Shown piece by piece: positions 21,312-24,151 of a stretch of DNA of 24,151 bases; the stretch's first letter is position 1, and the number at the start of each line of letters is the position of its first letter. Made by a program: the position numbers and the translations under genes. The notes under the pieces are model-generated. The model was not told where the DNA came from and did not search any database. It was given only the letters and a program-made list of their open reading frames with translations. The DNA comes from Octopus sinensis (lineage: Eukaryota), in assembly GCF_006345805.1 (NCBI RefSeq), contig NW_021836455.1:1-24151 (forward strand), read 5' to 3'.

Positions 21312-21680
21312 TCTTTATTATCTTTCACTTGTTTCAGCCACATTGACTGTGGCCATGCTGGGGCACTGCCTTGAAAGTTTTAGTCGAAGAAATCGACTCC
21401 AGGACTTATTTTATTTTTTAAAACCTAGTTCTTGTTCTCTCAGTGCCTTTTACCAAACCGCTACGTCACGGGGACGTAGATGCACCAACACCGGTTGTCA
21501 AGCAGTGGTGGGGTACAAGCACACACACACACCACACGCACACGAGGAGCTTCTTTCTGTTTCCATCTACTTCTATTATAGTCCGAGATTATAATAGAAG
21601 ACACTTGCCCAAGGTGAGACGCAGTGGGACTGAACCCGGAACCGCGTGGTTAGGAAGTAAGCTTCTTACCACACAGCCCC
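21312..21680 (-). mobile_element. SINE family B, diverged
   Basis: Collinear with the other B copies, with an internal deletion near 21570. Confidence 0.85.
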
Positions 21681-21694
21681 TTTGAAGAAATTGC

Positions 21695-21739
<45 letters not shown>

Positions 21740-21927
21740 AACTACTCGTAAACTAACAAGAGATCGCACTGCAAAAGCAACTCAGGCGTCCAACCTTTTC
21801 CTAGAGAAACCTGTATTATTAAGGGCATTTCTATAATTCATTATTAAAGCATTTACATTGCCTTGTTTGTTCTTTATATTTAGTCTATAGCAACAAACTC
21901 AGGATATTAAATATGAGATATACACGT

Positions 21928-22098
21928 GCAGGCGTAGCTGTGTGGTAAGAAGTTTGCTTACCAAACACATGGTTTTTGGGTTCATTTCCACTGCGTGTCA
22001 CATTGGGCGAGTGTCTCCAATTCGCCTCAGGTTGACCAAGCATTGTGTGAGTGGATTTGGTAGACGGAAAATGAAAAAAACCCATTTTGTATATATAT

Positions 22099-22135
<37 letters not shown>

Positions 22136-22178
22136 TAATAATATATATATATATAAAATATATATATACATTATATAT

Positions 22179-22210
<32 letters not shown>

Positions 22211-22225
22211 AAATATATATACATT

Positions 22226-22256
<31 letters not shown>

Positions 22257-22365
22257 CATACATATATACGTGTGAGTGTTATATATATATATATACTTTT
22301 ATATATATATATAAGTATATATATGTGTGTTATACATACATGAACACACACACACACACACACAC

Positions 22366-22407
<42 letters not shown>

Positions 22408-22628
22408 ATATATATACACACACCTCTGTGTGTTCGTGTGTATGTATATAACTATGTGTGTTTTCGTATTCGTTTATGTAATCGTACTTAGCGGTTCAGC
22501 CAAAGGACCCGATGGAATAAGAATGAGACGTAGAAATTTGTTCAGGGGTTGATTTGTTCAAGCAAATTGTTCAAGGCGGTACTCCAGCAAGGCCGCAGTC
22601 GAATGACTGAAACAAGTTTATGAAAGAT
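21928..22628 (+). mobile_element. SINE family B with central microsatellite expanded to ~360 bp
   Basis: 5' half at 21928-22085, (TA)/(CA) tract at ~22090-22450, 3' half at 22470-22628. Confidence 0.8.
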
Positions 22629-22699
22629 ACGTGCATTGTGTCGGACTTTCTTTAAAAACAAAGCCCAGGAAGGATCCTATTTCTCGCGAGTGACATCAT

Positions 22700-23120
22700 A
22701 ATCGCGTGAGCAGATATACCACCAAATCAATAAAAGTCTATAAATGCATGAAGATAGAGTTTCCGCTAGATATAAAAGATCTATCGTGGATGAATAGCGC
22801 TCAGATTCTACACCATTAAAAATACTCTGCATAAAGGAATTAACAGAAAGAATATAACAAGCTCTGCACAATAAATGATACAGAAATAATTTAGTGGACC
22901 AAACTATAGAACAATTGTGAAACATATTGAATAGACACGCCAACAGATACGACAGCTTGTTAAAACAACAACTGCATATAAAATGTATACGACATGAACT
23001 AAGACGTACTTTGCCTATAGAACAAGTGAATACGGTAGGAAAAAAACGTAAGACAAAAACAAACTCTTCAAACAGAATAGCCACAAGCTTTACATTCAAT
23101 TATAAACAAGGTTTAATAAT
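22700..23120 (+). mobile_element. Possible very old PLE thumb-region relic
   Basis: One frame with stops reads SARYKRSIV...ERI*QALHNK*YRNNLVDQTIEQL, weakly like the recalled PLE motifs RYKRSVV and ..YP..LID..I. Confidence 0.25.
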
Positions 23121-23256
23121 TTATTACTAAAATACAGCTAGGCATATTCATACGTACATGAATATATATGTGCGTATCTACTCGTAAACATATACAGTCA
23201 CACATACACATATAAGCATGTACATAGAGTTAAAATAAAATAAAATATATGTGTAT

Positions 23257-23305
<49 letters not shown>

Positions 23306-23379
23306 CACACATATATATATATACACACACACAGAGAAGGTGTTTTTCGCAGTGAATTTTTTTTCATCCTGCACATCAC

Positions 23380-23510
23380 CATGGTGCTACTTCCAGTGAA
23401 CGGATTATTTAGAAGGGACTTTGGCCACCAAGACCAGCTGATTTAACACTGCCAGAAGCAAGTAAAGGATCAGAGTACAAGAATCGCCCGAAAACCCTTA
23501 AATACTTACT
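23380..23510 (+). mobile_element. Tc1/mariner transposase relic
   Basis: One frame reads HGATSSERII*KGLWPPRPADLTLPE..KGSEYKNRPKTL, matching the recalled mariner motif DGAT..ERIIS.GLWPPRSPDLTP..VYKN.P.TL with internal deletions. Confidence 0.55.
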
Positions 23511-23526
23511 GCAGAGAGATGCTTTG

Positions 23527-23577
<51 letters not shown>

Positions 23578-23780
23578 GATCTATATATATATATATTATA
23601 TATATATATATATATATATTTTAAGAAAGTGCCAAAATGTAATAAAAAAATGTATATAACCATACAACATTCTGGCTACCTTGTTATTCTCAATACACAC
23701 ACACACACACACACACACCCACACCACACACACACACACACATGTATACAACTGTAACGTGTTTCTATGTTGGTATCTCT

Positions 23781-23944
23781 GTGTCTATTTTGTCTCCGTA
23801 ACTTAGCGGTTCAGAAAAGAGACGGACAGAATAGGTACTGGGCTTAGCAAGTAAGTCCAGGGATCGATTTCTTCGGCTAAAACCCTTCAAGGCGGTGCCC
23901 CATTATGGCGCAGTGAAATGACTGAACCACGTAAAAGATAAAAG
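23781..23944 (+). mobile_element. SINE family B 3' fragment
   Basis: ccgtaacttagcggttc...aaggcggtgcccc...aaatgactgaaccacgtaaaagataaaag. Confidence 0.8.
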
Positions 23945-23954
23945 CTACATAATA

Positions 23955-23956
23955 TG

Positions 23957-24000
<44 letters not shown>

Positions 24001-24067
24001 TATATAATATATATATATATATATCTAATAAATATATATGTATATGTATATGTATTAATATAGTATA

Positions 24068-24134
<67 letters not shown>

Positions 24135-24151
24135 ATATATATATATATATA
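23955..24151. repeat. (TA)n microsatellite
   Basis: Direct reading. Confidence 0.95.

Noticed and set aside
21780-21805. hAT-like terminal sequence caggcgtccaacctttt
   Set aside because: Short match with no partner inverted repeat or TSD.

Overview
Eukaryotic, AT-rich DNA dominated by repeats. It is most likely intronic or intergenic octopod (Octopus-like) sequence; this is inferred from the microsatellite density and from SINE families I recall as octopus-type, and was not checked against a database. I found no confidently identifiable host protein-coding gene, intact RNA gene or CRISPR array, and almost all long ORFs in the track are translations of simple repeats. The window holds about 17 copies or fragments of three tRNA-derived SINE families (my labels A, B, C). 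It also holds a decayed Penelope-like element (RT plus GIY-YIG, minus strand) and two weaker PLE relics, an R4/Dong-type REL-endonuclease fossil, and two copies of a non-coding element inserted into (TAA)n tracts that are SINE tails. Other elements are the 5' end of an L1/Tx1-like retrotransposon (monomeric 5'UTR plus CCHC ORF1), a foldback MITE with a microsatellite core, a mariner relic and an internally deleted tRNA-Glu remnant. Several short segments have good splice signals and could be exons of an unidentified host gene, but these are unproven. All family assignments come from manual translation and remembered consensus motifs. I see unusual mobile-element biology here, not a demonstrated new system.
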